Under the pieces are notes generated by a model. That model worked only from the letters and a program-made list of their open reading frames with translations. It did not search any database and was not told the DNA's origin. A program made the position numbers and the translations under genes. A stretch of DNA of 64,000 nt from Xylographa opegraphella. Lineage: Eukaryota. Shown here piece by piece: positions 13,034-23,706 of this stretch (positions are counted from its first letter, which is position 1; each line of letters opens with the position of its first letter). The stretch is from assembly GCA_022813865.1 (NCBI GenBank), contig JALDZX010000011.1, forward strand, positions 372,001 to 436,000, given 5' to 3'.

Positions 13034-13607
13034 ATGTCAGTCTCCACCGTTTTATCCACCGCAGCCACTGTGCTTTACTACATTGGCTTGCCTGTCATAA
13101 TTATCCTGAGGCTCCTTTCGGCAGTGCTGATCTTCGTTGCTGCACCCGTCCTCCATGTAGCTGACTACTTGATTCACGGGGCGCTTTGGCCAATGCGTCA
13201 GCTTGGAAGACTCGAGGCATGTCAAGCACAATCATTGCGCTGATGAGCTCGTAGCTGATCACCTGCAGACTCTGTACATTTACTTCGGAGTCGCGGCTCT
13301 CGTAGGCATCTGTACTGCTGCCGTTTTGCACTATTCCATGACCTTCCTGGTCAGAAACCTTGGCATTGATAGGATAGCGGAGGAGCGCGGCAGGACTCTG
13401 TCATCATACCGAGCCGAGAAAACCGCAAGGGAAGCGGAAAAGCTACGACAGACTCTACCAAAGGTGGGTTTCAAACGCATTCGGCTAGACAGTGGTGTAA
13501 AGGAAGAATACTCGGACTGGCGGAAGCCGGGCAAGGGCTTCGGTATCAAAGGCTTACTTTCAACGACCATACTCGAAGAAGAGGATAGCTCGGAAGCAGG
13601 ATTTTGA
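13034..13607 (+). CDS. Hypothetical membrane protein (2 exons)
   Basis: Hydrophobic exon 1 joins TLYIYFGVAALVG... and ends in an LLSTTILEEED tail, a pattern I recall from a fungal hypothetical family. Confidence 0.65.
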
Positions 13608-13812
13608 TACTGTTCCGCCCATGTCCGCTCATCATGCATGCGTGATGCAGCTTAGTGTTTTTCAAAAGACTGGGTATCATTCAATCAATGCTTCCAACAA
13701 GCCGCGTCTTGCGCCTGAAAACGCCCATTCTCCGTATATTATACCATATCCCCATAGCCAGCAACTCGCTGTACCTTCAGTTTCCTAACGCCGTATAATC
13801 AAGGAGAAAAGG

Positions 13813-14388
13813 CTAATCTGCAGAAGCACATCCTCGACACCCGCAGCTCACACATTCGATTGTTTGATCCTCCTTCAGTTGCACTTTTGGTACACGACAA
13901 ATGCAAGTGGCATTGAAGTTGGTCTCCTTGGTTTGGACGCAACGTAGACAGCACAACTAACCAAGGCGGATATAGTCAGCTATGCTCCAGTTGTGGTGAT
14001 ATTGTACCGACCTTCTCATAACCCTGCTTCTTCCACTTTGCGATCAGGCTGGCGTCTGCATATCCATTCTTGAGTAGCCACTCATATAGCTGTTTCGAGA
14101 TGGCCTCCTTGTTATAGTAAAGATCATAGATGTAACGAGAACCTAACACATGTCTGTCGTTAGTGCCCACAACTTACACCGAGAATGAGGAGTGCCTGGC
14201 TAAAACTATCACTCACGTTGATGGCTAATTTGGAATATTGGCCAGAGAACCTCATGCCTCTTCTTCCCTTCATGAGACGCGTTCTCCGCATCCTTCATCT
14301 TATTGCTGAATTCCAACAAGGTGTCTTCCAGGTCATCAAAGCCATCCGGCGGCGATTTACGATTTCGAGCAGAGCGGATCGGAGGCAT
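13813..14388 (-). CDS. BUD31: Pre-mRNA splicing factor Bud31/Cwc14 (G10)
   Basis: [47 protein letters not shown] and [13 protein letters not shown]. Confidence 0.97.
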
Positions 14389-14657
14389 GTCGACGATCAA
14401 CAGCTCACTGAATGAAGTAGTCGAGTATCTTTCTATCTTCTATTATTGAGGTTTTCGTACAATATAGCTCCATCTGAGCTTGGAGGAAACTGTTGCGCGA
14501 TTAAGAAGCTCAACCTCGAAAACTTCAGCCCTACTCAGCGTCATACGGTACGCTAGCAGGCCCCTGGCGCGGCTCGGCCATCCAATCGCCTGATACCCAA
14601 GCAGCGTTCGGGCTTGGGAGTTGGGACCACCATTGTCTTTGCAAGCTCAGTTCCGAT

Positions 14658-15286
14658 ATGGTGATTAACCCGACGTATCTTGCGCATCGTACTCAGTCTT
14701 GTGAGTATACCGCCTAAAACCATGGACTATCTCACTAACCTTCGCAGCGGGCAGCTGGGATATCGCGAAGCGGAGGGTTATCCAATCCTACCGGCAATGG
14801 CTTCGTTCTGTAATCCTGCCACTTTCAGAAATCCTCGACCTGACTGACCATCCTTACCGAAGGCCCCTGAAATACAGCAGATGTACTCCTTGAATAAACC
14901 GGTGGCGGAACTGCGGACAAAAATGCGGACGGAATTTGAGCGGCATCGATACGTTAGCCAGCTGCCGGTCGTCGATATGTTGCTTTTCCAGAGTCATGCG
15001 GAGTATCAGGTACCTTCTACTCTACTTCTAGGACTATTGTTCCTCACGATTGAGCTTCGATCGTCATGGGGCTGGGCCACATGACGCTAATACATTGCTG
15101 TTGGCAGGAAACGTTGAACTACTGGAAACAATTGCCTCATGTTCTCAAATATTTTAGGCCGGATGATGATCCTAATGCGAAACTGCCGCAGAATTTCATG
15201 ACGGGGTTCTTGGAGGTATGAGATAATAATATGGGGTGATTTGCGAAAGGGCACAAGCTGACAAGGCTTTCCAGGGACGAAATTGA
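14658..15286 (+). CDS. NADH:ubiquinone oxidoreductase 14.8 kDa subunit (B14/NDUFA6, LYR family), 5 exons
   Basis: MVINPTYLAHRTQS, SYRQWLRS, APEIQQMYSL, ETLNYWKQLPHVLKYF and FLEGRN*. Confidence 0.93.
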
Positions 15287-15429
15287 TATTCCGGCTCTTG
15301 TCAAGGGTCCAAATACATGTAGATAGCGGAAACAAAACAAACGGTCCCTTGAGATGCCGCTGTTCAAGCGCCGTCCTCGCTATGCAAGACCACTTTACAG
15401 TTCCTTGATTCAATGGAAAGCCAATCGCT

Positions 15430-16032
15430 TCATTCGTGCTCCCTCGCCACGAACGCATCCCTCGCCTCCGTGAACTTCTCCGTCACAACATCACACAAAT
15501 CCGCAAGGTCATCAAACCCTTTTTCAAGAGCATCATACACAGAAGTACCCTCTATGGCCTACGTTAGCTCGACTCCCATTACCAATCAACCCGACGATTA
15601 TGATTGAGGATCACACACCATAAGTCTGAATCCTCACATTCATCTTCGCCTCGCTCGGATGCGGGATCGAGTATCCGCAAAACTCAACCTCCGGACTGCG
15701 CACATCACTTTGTCAGATCTCGCACGAGCCTAGCCCTCTACCCGTGCTTAGAGACATCAGAAACCTACTTCTTCATAATCATATACCGTAATGTATTCCC
15801 CAGGGTATGATCTTCGCCCTCAAACTCGAACGACGCAGCTGTTTCGCTGGCACCGGGCAGCTGTCATCATCTCATTAGGATATCAAGTGGCGTAATGTGA
15901 TATTACCAGATTACGTACAACCCTCACGCGCTGGGGTCCTGTATCGATATGCTCTGATGCCTGTGCAGTAGCCTCATTGTCTGCAGGAGCGTCGGCCATG
16001 GGCTGGTCTTGCGACGCTTGGGGAGAGGCCAT
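15430..16032 (-). CDS. RPC19: RNA polymerase I/III subunit AC19
   Basis: Not in the ORF track. Spliced reading [14 protein letters not shown]...[23 protein letters not shown]...[25 protein letters not shown]...[15 protein letters not shown]...REHE*. Confidence 0.93.
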
Positions 16033-16993
16033 GATGTTGCGGTTTTGCAGAGCTGTGCTGATTGGTGGGCAGACTTTGACATGCGGTTAATGCCCCTTTG
16101 GGACTAGCGCTCTTGGACTACTACCTGCGTTTTGCGGGGAAGCGCAGCGGATGCGAAGGCATCAGAACCAATGGCGACGGTGGAGGAAGCGGAAGGTAGT
16201 GTACTTATCTTGTAAACGTGGTACACAACGTTTACAGGAATGTAAGCTATAGGGCATCCGGGCCTGCTGCTTTGCGAGTGCCTTCCATATTTCTCACACC
16301 CCAAAGGATAGAATAGTTCAGCGGTAAGCGTTGGCGTACTCGTGTTCCATAAAAGACTCATCAACGGGGTACATATCCGCAAGCTCGTCTACAAGAAGTG
16401 CATCTTTGCAAGACTCAAAGTCCGCTTAGTTCTACAAGTGAAGCTGACGAATACAATTTACTTTGCCCTCCCAGTACACCACGCTCCTGAACAGACTCAA
16501 AACCAGTAACATAACGAAAACAATGGACACTCATACGCAACCCGCGTAACTGTATGCACAAGTCTGCACAACTCACTAGCTCTCGCTCGACGCCTGCGAT
16601 GAAGCAACACTCATGTTCACGACCAATATCCTATAGTTCCAAAGGTTTAAGCGGACGCGGACTCGTTCCGCCGCAGCATTGCTAGCTGTTCTGGGCAATC
16701 TTGCCTGAGTCCATCGCGGATTCTTACAAGTGGCGAGATCGCTGCAGCGCAAGATACTGTTGTTGGTGCCATAAACGCAGTACGCGAGAATGAAGTGCAA
16801 GCTTACATAGGCTGAGACATGACATGGGGTTATCGGATTGGGCAGCTGAGGGTTGTTACCAGAGACGTCATGGTCAGGTTACTTCTGTAAGACGAGAACG
16901 GGAAGCACGAAAGGTAAAGAGTAAGGTACTCAGGCTGGACTGACCTCGTCCAGCGCAGGTCGGGTACTCATTCTAATCCCTGTATACCTCGAA

Positions 16994-17424
16994 ATGCTGC
17001 GCATATATCTGGGCTTGCAATGAGGTTCGCCTATATTATTAGCGCTGCGGCATTGAGGGCGCAATCGAATGAGACGCATCGTTTTGATCAAGTTGACAAG
17101 TTACACAAGGTTTCCAAGGCCGATAAGAACATCTCATGTAGTGCTGAATCTGGCTGTGCTCAACGATCGTCGGGAAGAGAACTCGAATGAGTATCATACT
17201 TGACAAGCGATTTTCAAGCATTCTCTTGTGCTTTCTGATTAGACACCCAAGCATTACGTGACTGATTCGATACTGAAAAAAAACAAAGGCTTTGAGGACT
17301 TTCGCACCAGCCTGAATAAGAAGAATCCTTGCAATAGACCTTATGAGAGCGCAAATGCACGTTATGGAGCAAAAGTGGAAGTCATCGGATGTGCGCACAG
17401 CTCTACTTGCGCTAGGCGCTGAGA
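16994..17424 (+). pseudogene. Degenerate relic of the Pca1-type Cys-rich N-terminal region
   Basis: CC..ACNEVRL(frameshift)LALRH* and RYGAKVEVIGC(2-nt deletion)ALLALGAE match Pca1-family motifs as I recall them (CCDxSCLDRLALRxC and RYxxxLxxLGCICRALLALGQESCC). Confidence 0.55.
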
Positions 17425-17872
17425 TCAGTTCCACGAGTTCTATGGCGCCGATGCATCGATCCGAAGTCTTACAGGTCTGGTCCGAAGTTCTACTGATGGC
17501 GAATTCCGCGCAATTCAAGAGGTGCCTCAGTCATACCATAGGCTCGAAGGTAATGAGGATTTCGAGTTCTACAAGAGGCAGAGCTCAGCTACTAGCCATT
17601 GTCGCTCTGCACCGAGAATCGCCTCACAAGGCTAGACATGATCGATAATCCGCAACTGTGTCCTTACGTTCAAGAAGATTCCTGCCAATGCAGTTACCAA
17701 GGCCACAGCTGAAAACCCGAAATTGAGGTTTTGAGCTAGGAAATTCATCCGTCCATGTGGAAGTGAGCAACCACCGATCATCACAGTCGAAAAGCTCTCG
17801 AAGTCACTTTCCTGTCTAAAATACACGAATATCAATCCGGACCCCAACGACCGCTTGAGGTGTCAACTCGCA

Positions 17873-20542
17873 ATGATGTTCAATTTGTCCTGTTGCGCCA
17901 AGGATACAGCTGTATACAATGATCAGAAGACTCAGGATTTAAACATCTCCGACCATGGCTCGAGTAGTCGGGCTTTTGAGATCTCTCAAGATACCATAGC
18001 GGACTCAGTGGACGACGGATCCTCAAACTGCTCACTGAATTGTCATAATCGACATTGTGAGACTCCCGGAGCTGCTCTATCGGCAGAGAGCTCGCTTACA
18101 AGGTCAGACGTCGATGATCTGGAGAAGGGTATGGTATTCCTTGAGCACGTCGTATTAAGCGTCAAAGGCATGACTTGTACCGGCTGTGAGAAGAAACTTC
18201 TCAAGTCGGTAAATTCATTACAATTCGTACAGAATGCCACCACCAGCCTCACCATGGAACAAGTGCAATTCGACCTTGATGTGTCCAGGAGTGTACTGAC
18301 GGTTGATGAAATTGTTTCTTCGATCGAGAAAATGACTGGCTTTACATGTATCAGAATTTCAAAATCAGGCCAAGAGCTTGATGTTTTTGTCAAAGGATCT
18401 GTACAAGCTTTCATCAGTCGAGGATACCCTTTTGGAGTGACTTGCGTATCGGCTATCGACAAGTACACAGTTCGTATAAAATACAATCCATCAGAAATTG
18501 GAGCAAGAGATCTTCTTTCAGACTTATCCGCTACCTTGACCCCTCCAGGATATTATTCCCGGGAATCCACGGACAATGTACACTTTCGAAGGACGCTTTA
18601 TACAACAATCCTGTCGGCCATTTTGACCGTACCGGTTCTAATACTAGCATGGGCACCACTTCCAGAGAATCCGGTTATGTACGGCTCTATATCACTTGCA
18701 CTAGCTACAATCATTCAAATTACCGTTGCAGGACCATTCTATCCTAATGCTTTCAAAGCTCTCGTCTATGCAAGAATGATCGAAATGGACCTGCTCATTG
18801 TTCTCAGTACCTCAGCTGCATACGTTTACTCGGTCATCGCTTTTGTCTACGAAGCGAGAGGGTTTCCGCTAGCTACAGGAGAGTTCTTTGAGACGAGTAC
18901 CCTCTTAGTCACTCTCATCATGGTCGGGCGGACCGTTAGCGCTTTTGCCAGACAAAAAGCACTGGAAACCATTTCTATTCAGTCTTTACGGGTATCGAAA
19001 GCACTTCTATTCCATCCGGTAAGTAACAATACAGAAGAAATTGACGCGCGTCTACTGCAGTACGGTGACCGATTCAGAATCTTGCCAGATATGAAAGTCG
19101 TGACCGACGGTATAGTTGAGTCCGGAGAAACCGAGATGGACGAGTCTATGATCACGGGCGAAGCGGTGCCCGTCTTGAAAACCAAGGGCTCGAATGTTAT
19201 TGCAGGGTCATTGAACAGTTTCGGCATGGTCGTCGTGAAAGTGACTCGCCTTCCGGGTGAGAATTTCCTATCGGACATCAGTGATATGCTGGACGAGGCC
19301 AAATTTATCAAGCCCAAGGTGCAAGAGATTGCCAATCGCGTGGCCTCATACTTCACGCCCTTCATTCTGATCATAACGCTTGTGGTCTTTATCATATGGA
19401 TTGCCATAGAGATAGCCATACGGCATGAAAGCGCAGCTACTGCGGCTACCGCAGCGATGACATACGCTATCTCTACACTCATAGTCTCCTGCCCTTGCGC
19501 TATTGGATTGGCGGTCCCCATGGTTGTGGTTGTTGCGTCTGGCGTAGCTGCAAAGCACGGCGTGATTCTCAAGTCGGCTTTCGCCATCGAAAGTGCGCGG
19601 AAGGTGACGCATGTAGTTTTTGACAAGACTGGTACCCTTACACAAGGAAAGTTTTCAGTTGTGCGTGAGATCTATCTCGCGAGAGGGGATATTTCTCCGG
19701 GCTCATTGGCACTTGGCTTGATGTCAAATAGCAAGCACCCGATAGCTTTAGCGATTGGTGCGCACTTCAAGCAAAAAGGCGTCGCTGCCACGACAATTGA
19801 AGGTGCCGTCTCCCTCGTCGGCAAGGGAGTACAAGGTAAATGGAACGATCATGTCGTTCGCGCTGGCAATCCCAAATGGCTTAACCTCGAGGATCTACCC
19901 GCCGTCAAAAGCTTGTTCTCGTCCGGCCTCACCGTTCTCTGCCTCTGCTTGGATAACGACCCCCTTGCCATCTTCGGCCTCGAAGACTCCCTCCGGCCCG
20001 ATGTCCCAGAAGTAATCACTCGACTCCAACAACGCAACATCAGCGTCTCCATACTGAGCGGGGACAACAACGCCGCCGTTCACTCTCTAGCCCTAAAACT
20101 CGGTCTACCCGCTTCTCACGTGCGCGCCCAGTGCAGCCCAGCCGACAAACAGCACTACATCCGTACCCTTCTCCAATCGCCCGAACACACAGTCTTGTTT
20201 TGCGGCGATGGCACAAACGACGCTGTCGCTCTCGCACACGCCAGCATCGGCGTGCACATGAACGAAGGCACGGACGTGGCGTCGAGCGCGGCGGATGCTG
20301 TACTCCTGCGTCCTGCGCTTTCGGGTATCCTCGTGCTGATGGACCTCTCGGCAGCTTTCCATCGCCGCGTCTGCTTCAATTTTGGGTGGGCGTTCGTGTA
20401 CAATGTGTTCGCAATCCTCCTGGCAGGTGGGGCTTTTGTGAGCGCAAGAATCCCGCCACAGTATGCAGGGCTGGGGGAACTGGTCAGCGTGCTGCCTGTG
20501 GTGGCGATTGCGATGCAATTACGTTGGAGTAAGTTTGAGTAA
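17873..20542 (+). CDS. P1B-type heavy-metal-transporting ATPase, Pca1-like (Cd/Cu export)
   Basis: Single ORF with an HMA GMTCTGC motif, ITGE, CPC, DKTGT, KHP, GDGTND and about 8 TM segments. Confidence 0.95.
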   Translation: MMFNLSCCAKDTAVYNDQKTQDLNISDHGSSSRAFEISQDTIADSVDDGSSNCSLNCHNRHCETPGAALSAESSLTRSDVDDLEKGMVFLEHVVLSVKGMTCTGCEKKLLKSVNSLQFVQNATTSLTMEQVQFDLDVSRSVLTVDEIVSSIEKMTGFTCIRISKSGQELDVFVKGSVQAFISRGYPFGVTCVSAIDKYTVRIKYNPSEIGARDLLSDLSATLTPPGYYSRESTDNVHFRRTLYTTILSAILTVPVLILAWAPLPENPVMYGSISLALATIIQITVAGPFYPNAFKALVYARMIEMDLLIVLSTSAAYVYSVIAFVYEARGFPLATGEFFETSTLLVTLIMVGRTVSAFARQKALETISIQSLRVSKALLFHPVSNNTEEIDARLLQYGDRFRILPDMKVVTDGIVESGETEMDESMITGEAVPVLKTKGSNVIAGSLNSFGMVVVKVTRLPGENFLSDISDMLDEAKFIKPKVQEIANRVASYFTPFILIITLVVFIIWIAIEIAIRHESAATAATAAMTYAISTLIVSCPCAIGLAVPMVVVVASGVAAKHGVILKSAFAIESARKVTHVVFDKTGTLTQGKFSVVREIYLARGDISPGSLALGLMSNSKHPIALAIGAHFKQKGVAATTIEGAVSLVGKGVQGKWNDHVVRAGNPKWLNLEDLPAVKSLFSSGLTVLCLCLDNDPLAIFGLEDSLRPDVPEVITRLQQRNISVSILSGDNNAAVHSLALKLGLPASHVRAQCSPADKQHYIRTLLQSPEHTVLFCGDGTNDAVALAHASIGVHMNEGTDVASSAADAVLLRPALSGILVLMDLSAAFHRRVCFNFGWAFVYNVFAILLAGGAFVSARIPPQYAGLGELVSVLPVVAIAMQLRWSKFE

Positions 20543-20938
20543 AGGTCGGAGATGATATGAAGGCAAGTAAGGGGTCGCGGGCTGAAGTCTTACGTAATTT
20601 TATACATACCACACGAGGGGCTAACGCGGACTGCATTTGTTCATTGTCATGAGTAATAGCTAAAAGTGTTGTTCTTTTGTTCTGTACTAGCTATTATACA
20701 TTATAAATCTCGTGTTCATCGTTACATGGGAAAATGATCAAGGGTATCTACAAAACGAGTCGTGACATCACACATCTTATCATCGAAAAGGAAGACTTAC
20801 CTAGTCCTCACTTTTAAAATACACTCCTAAATCCCGAAGAATACCTCCCACTTTTACGTCGACTTATCCAATTAAGGGAAATTTCCCGAATTTTTGTTTT
20901 GTTGTTTGAGCTTGTCTGTGAAGACCGCATTATTCTTG

Positions 20939-22114
20939 CTACTCCATACTCAGCTTCTTAAAGACGGCCTTCGTCTTCGATGCGGCCATGAACAACGACG
21001 ATTTGGATAACGCCGACGACTTCGTGATGACAGAAGCATTGTCCAGCCGCTGCTTATCGGCGCCCCTGATCGTCAAGGTATTATTCGGTCCCTTGCGCGT
21101 GATGCCCGTAACAATCGTCGCAGTGGGTTCCTTATGCACCTGACTGACGGCCGTCGAAGCGGGAGCATGTGCGGGCCTCCGCAGCACGGCTGGTGAAGGC
21201 GACGCTCTCGGCCCCTTCGCACGATCCGCCACGCCGGCAGCTAACTCGGCTCTCGCGTTGACGGCGTGAACCTCCTTGGTGTACTGCCGCTGGATGTATT
21301 CCCGCGCTCGCTTCGATTGAAGGTCTTTGATATGCGCCATTTGGGCTTCGACCTGCAGGTCGCCGGGCGTGTCCTCGAAGATCTGGCAGCGCAGATGCGA
21401 CCAGCGGATCTTTGAGATTTGTGCTCGGCGCGCGCGGTAGTCCACGTTCGGGTCGGTGCCGTCGAAGAAGTTGGCGTCGGCTTCGGCCATGGCCATCTCC
21501 GCGATAATGCCGCTGGGGACGGCCCCGATAAATTCGGAAGGATTGTAGTTCCGCACGTGTCGCTTGAGGGGTGGGACGCCAGGGCCGACAATCTCAACCC
21601 CGAGAATGTGGCGCGCATGCAAGAAGTCGTGCTCCTCCCATTTTTCGGTGCCGATGACGATGACCTTGAACGGGAGGTTGTCGGGCACGTGTGGATTGTT
21701 CATGGTGAGGTAATGCGTTCGCCAGTAATCTGCACGGGTCAGGGCTGCGATGAAGTAGGCTAATGGGATCGTGTGCGCGTCCGGCATCTCGTATGGGAAG
21801 AGAGGAAATGGCTCGGTCGTTGACGATTTCCCCTGGGTGTCGTTCGGAGGATTTCCCATACTGGAGACTATGGGTCTTGGTTCAATGTCCAGTAACGGGT
21901 AAGGTTGATCGAAGTCGAAGGATCCACCTATTTTGTCGACTTTCACTGGTTCATCTACTGAAGATTTGTCCCCACCATCGCTTTCTGTGGATGTTGACAT
22001 TGGAGAATTTGGCCGTGACGCGAAATCCATTGGTGGTTGGGATTGAAGAGGATTGGGCCCGAGAAGCGTGGCTACGGGTTTCCGGGAGATGGTAGCAGTC
22101 GAAGAGGGTGCCAT
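20939..22114 (-). CDS. Hypothetical protein, 391 aa, intronless
   Basis: Long ORF with GC3-biased codons. No family recognised. Confidence 0.7.
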   Translation of the reverse strand: MAPSSTATISRKPVATLLGPNPLQSQPPMDFASRPNSPMSTSTESDGGDKSSVDEPVKVDKIGGSFDFDQPYPLLDIEPRPIVSSMGNPPNDTQGKSSTTEPFPLFPYEMPDAHTIPLAYFIAALTRADYWRTHYLTMNNPHVPDNLPFKVIVIGTEKWEEHDFLHARHILGVEIVGPGVPPLKRHVRNYNPSEFIGAVPSGIIAEMAMAEADANFFDGTDPNVDYRARRAQISKIRWSHLRCQIFEDTPGDLQVEAQMAHIKDLQSKRAREYIQRQYTKEVHAVNARAELAAGVADRAKGPRASPSPAVLRRPAHAPASTAVSQVHKEPTATIVTGITRKGPNNTLTIRGADKQRLDNASVITKSSALSKSSLFMAASKTKAVFKKLSME

Positions 22115-22251
22115 TATTTTCGTGGTGGAGGTTTGTGCTGTCCGGTTTTTGGAGGTCGAAAATATTTTGAAGGTTAACAGAAGTGGTCCTGAACAAGCTT
22201 CGTCAAGAATATTGGAGAGATACTACCTGTGATTCTCCGAACACTTAGTGG

Positions 22252-22350
22252 TTGTGCTGATTGTGTTGATTGTGCTGATTGTGTTGATTGTGCCGATTGT
22301 GTTGATTGTGCTGATTGTGTTGATTGTGCTGATTGTGTTGATTGTGCTGA
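22252..22350. repeat. 9-bp minisatellite (TTGTGYTGA) x11 with alternating 18-bp higher-order unit
   Basis: Directly visible. Reads (SAQSTQ)n on the minus strand. Confidence 0.95.
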
Positions 22351-22839
22351 TTCTACAATGTGTAGCTGATTCTGTTGAGCTGATTGTGCTGGTTGTTCTG
22401 GTTGTGCCGACTGTGCTGGAGACGATGATGGATGATGGAGCGATTTAGAATCGTGATATAAGCAACACATACAACAAGTCAAACAAGGAAGCAAAACAAT
22501 GTCGTTATTCCAGACAAAGGAATCACGAGTAGATTCCATGATCAGAGTCAAAACAAGTAAACGAATGAGACAAGCAAACAAAGCGATCAATAAGAAAGTG
22601 TCCATGTTATCAGATTGATAAGAGCTCCTTTGGGGTGAATCCTGGTTCTTTCTAGGAAACGTTTTGATTTCTGAAAATCTTGCTCCCTTTATGCTGGTTT
22701 TACATAAGACCCACGGCATGCCCCACAGTAACAGAGCAGTATATCATCCCAACAGCAACTGTCTTTATAATCAAATGTGTATATCTTCTCAACAGCACTC
22801 TTTATATATATCAAACTTTCATTTTCTCATACCTCCACA

Positions 22840-23265
22840 ATGAAAACATCTGCTCTTCTCCTCGGTGTTCTTTTTACCGGCATTGCGCTTTCTCACCCAA
22901 TCGACTTGGGTAATTCCACTCTCAACGCAACGACTCTGCAGAGCCGTGAAATCCTTGCAGGAACCCAGTCCTTGTTCACAATCACCACGTATCCCGAGCC
23001 AAACTGTAAAGGACTCGAGATTCCAATCATGAACCCCACTTACAGCGATGGCACGCAGGCCAAGGTATACAGCTACAAAATGAATCGCGCCCTCGAGCCA
23101 GGCGAGCAGTTGGACTTTAGCTTTGATATTTGTACATATGGTGTCACACTCAATGTGTGTGTCCCATGTTCGGAGTTCTACTCATCAGCCTGGGCCCAAG
23201 CCCCTGCTGGAGTTTGCTTTGACCTGGGCAAGAGGGCCGATTGCTTCCGGCTCTGGCATCACTAG
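22840..23265 (+). CDS. Small secreted cysteine-containing protein (141 aa)
   Basis: Signal peptide MKTSALLLGVLFTGIALS, 6 Cys, and a TATATA box at about 22803. Confidence 0.8.
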   Translation: MKTSALLLGVLFTGIALSHPIDLGNSTLNATTLQSREILAGTQSLFTITTYPEPNCKGLEIPIMNPTYSDGTQAKVYSYKMNRALEPGEQLDFSFDICTYGVTLNVCVPCSEFYSSAWAQAPAGVCFDLGKRADCFRLWHH

Positions 23266-23706
23266 ACGGGCGAGGCTTTCTGGTTTTTCTGTGCTGCGCA
23301 TAGGGAAAATGTATATAGTTGTCTCTAAGTATAGACGATTCGCATGTTCCAGGTTAACAAGTGTTTCACAACAAACATGAGCTATGACAGTGACAAAGCG
23401 AACATTAGACTGCCTGCCTTTGTCCATACATTGGATGAAAATCTCAAAATGCAAAGCTGTGGGTGTTGACTAAGTGCTTGAATGTGTAGATGTCTGGTCC
23501 GGATTCTCGCTAATATTACCCCCTGGTTTAAGAACCACCTCCCGTCATGAAGCGGGGGCACTAAGCTACAAGGAGCAGCATGCAGCAAACCCTAAGATAA
23601 CTTCGTTACTCGAGAGACAACCAATTTCGTCAATTCTCAAACACATCCACCCCTCAACGAACAGAAATCAGAACTATCCATCGAAAACTAATTTCAAGTT
23701 TCAACC

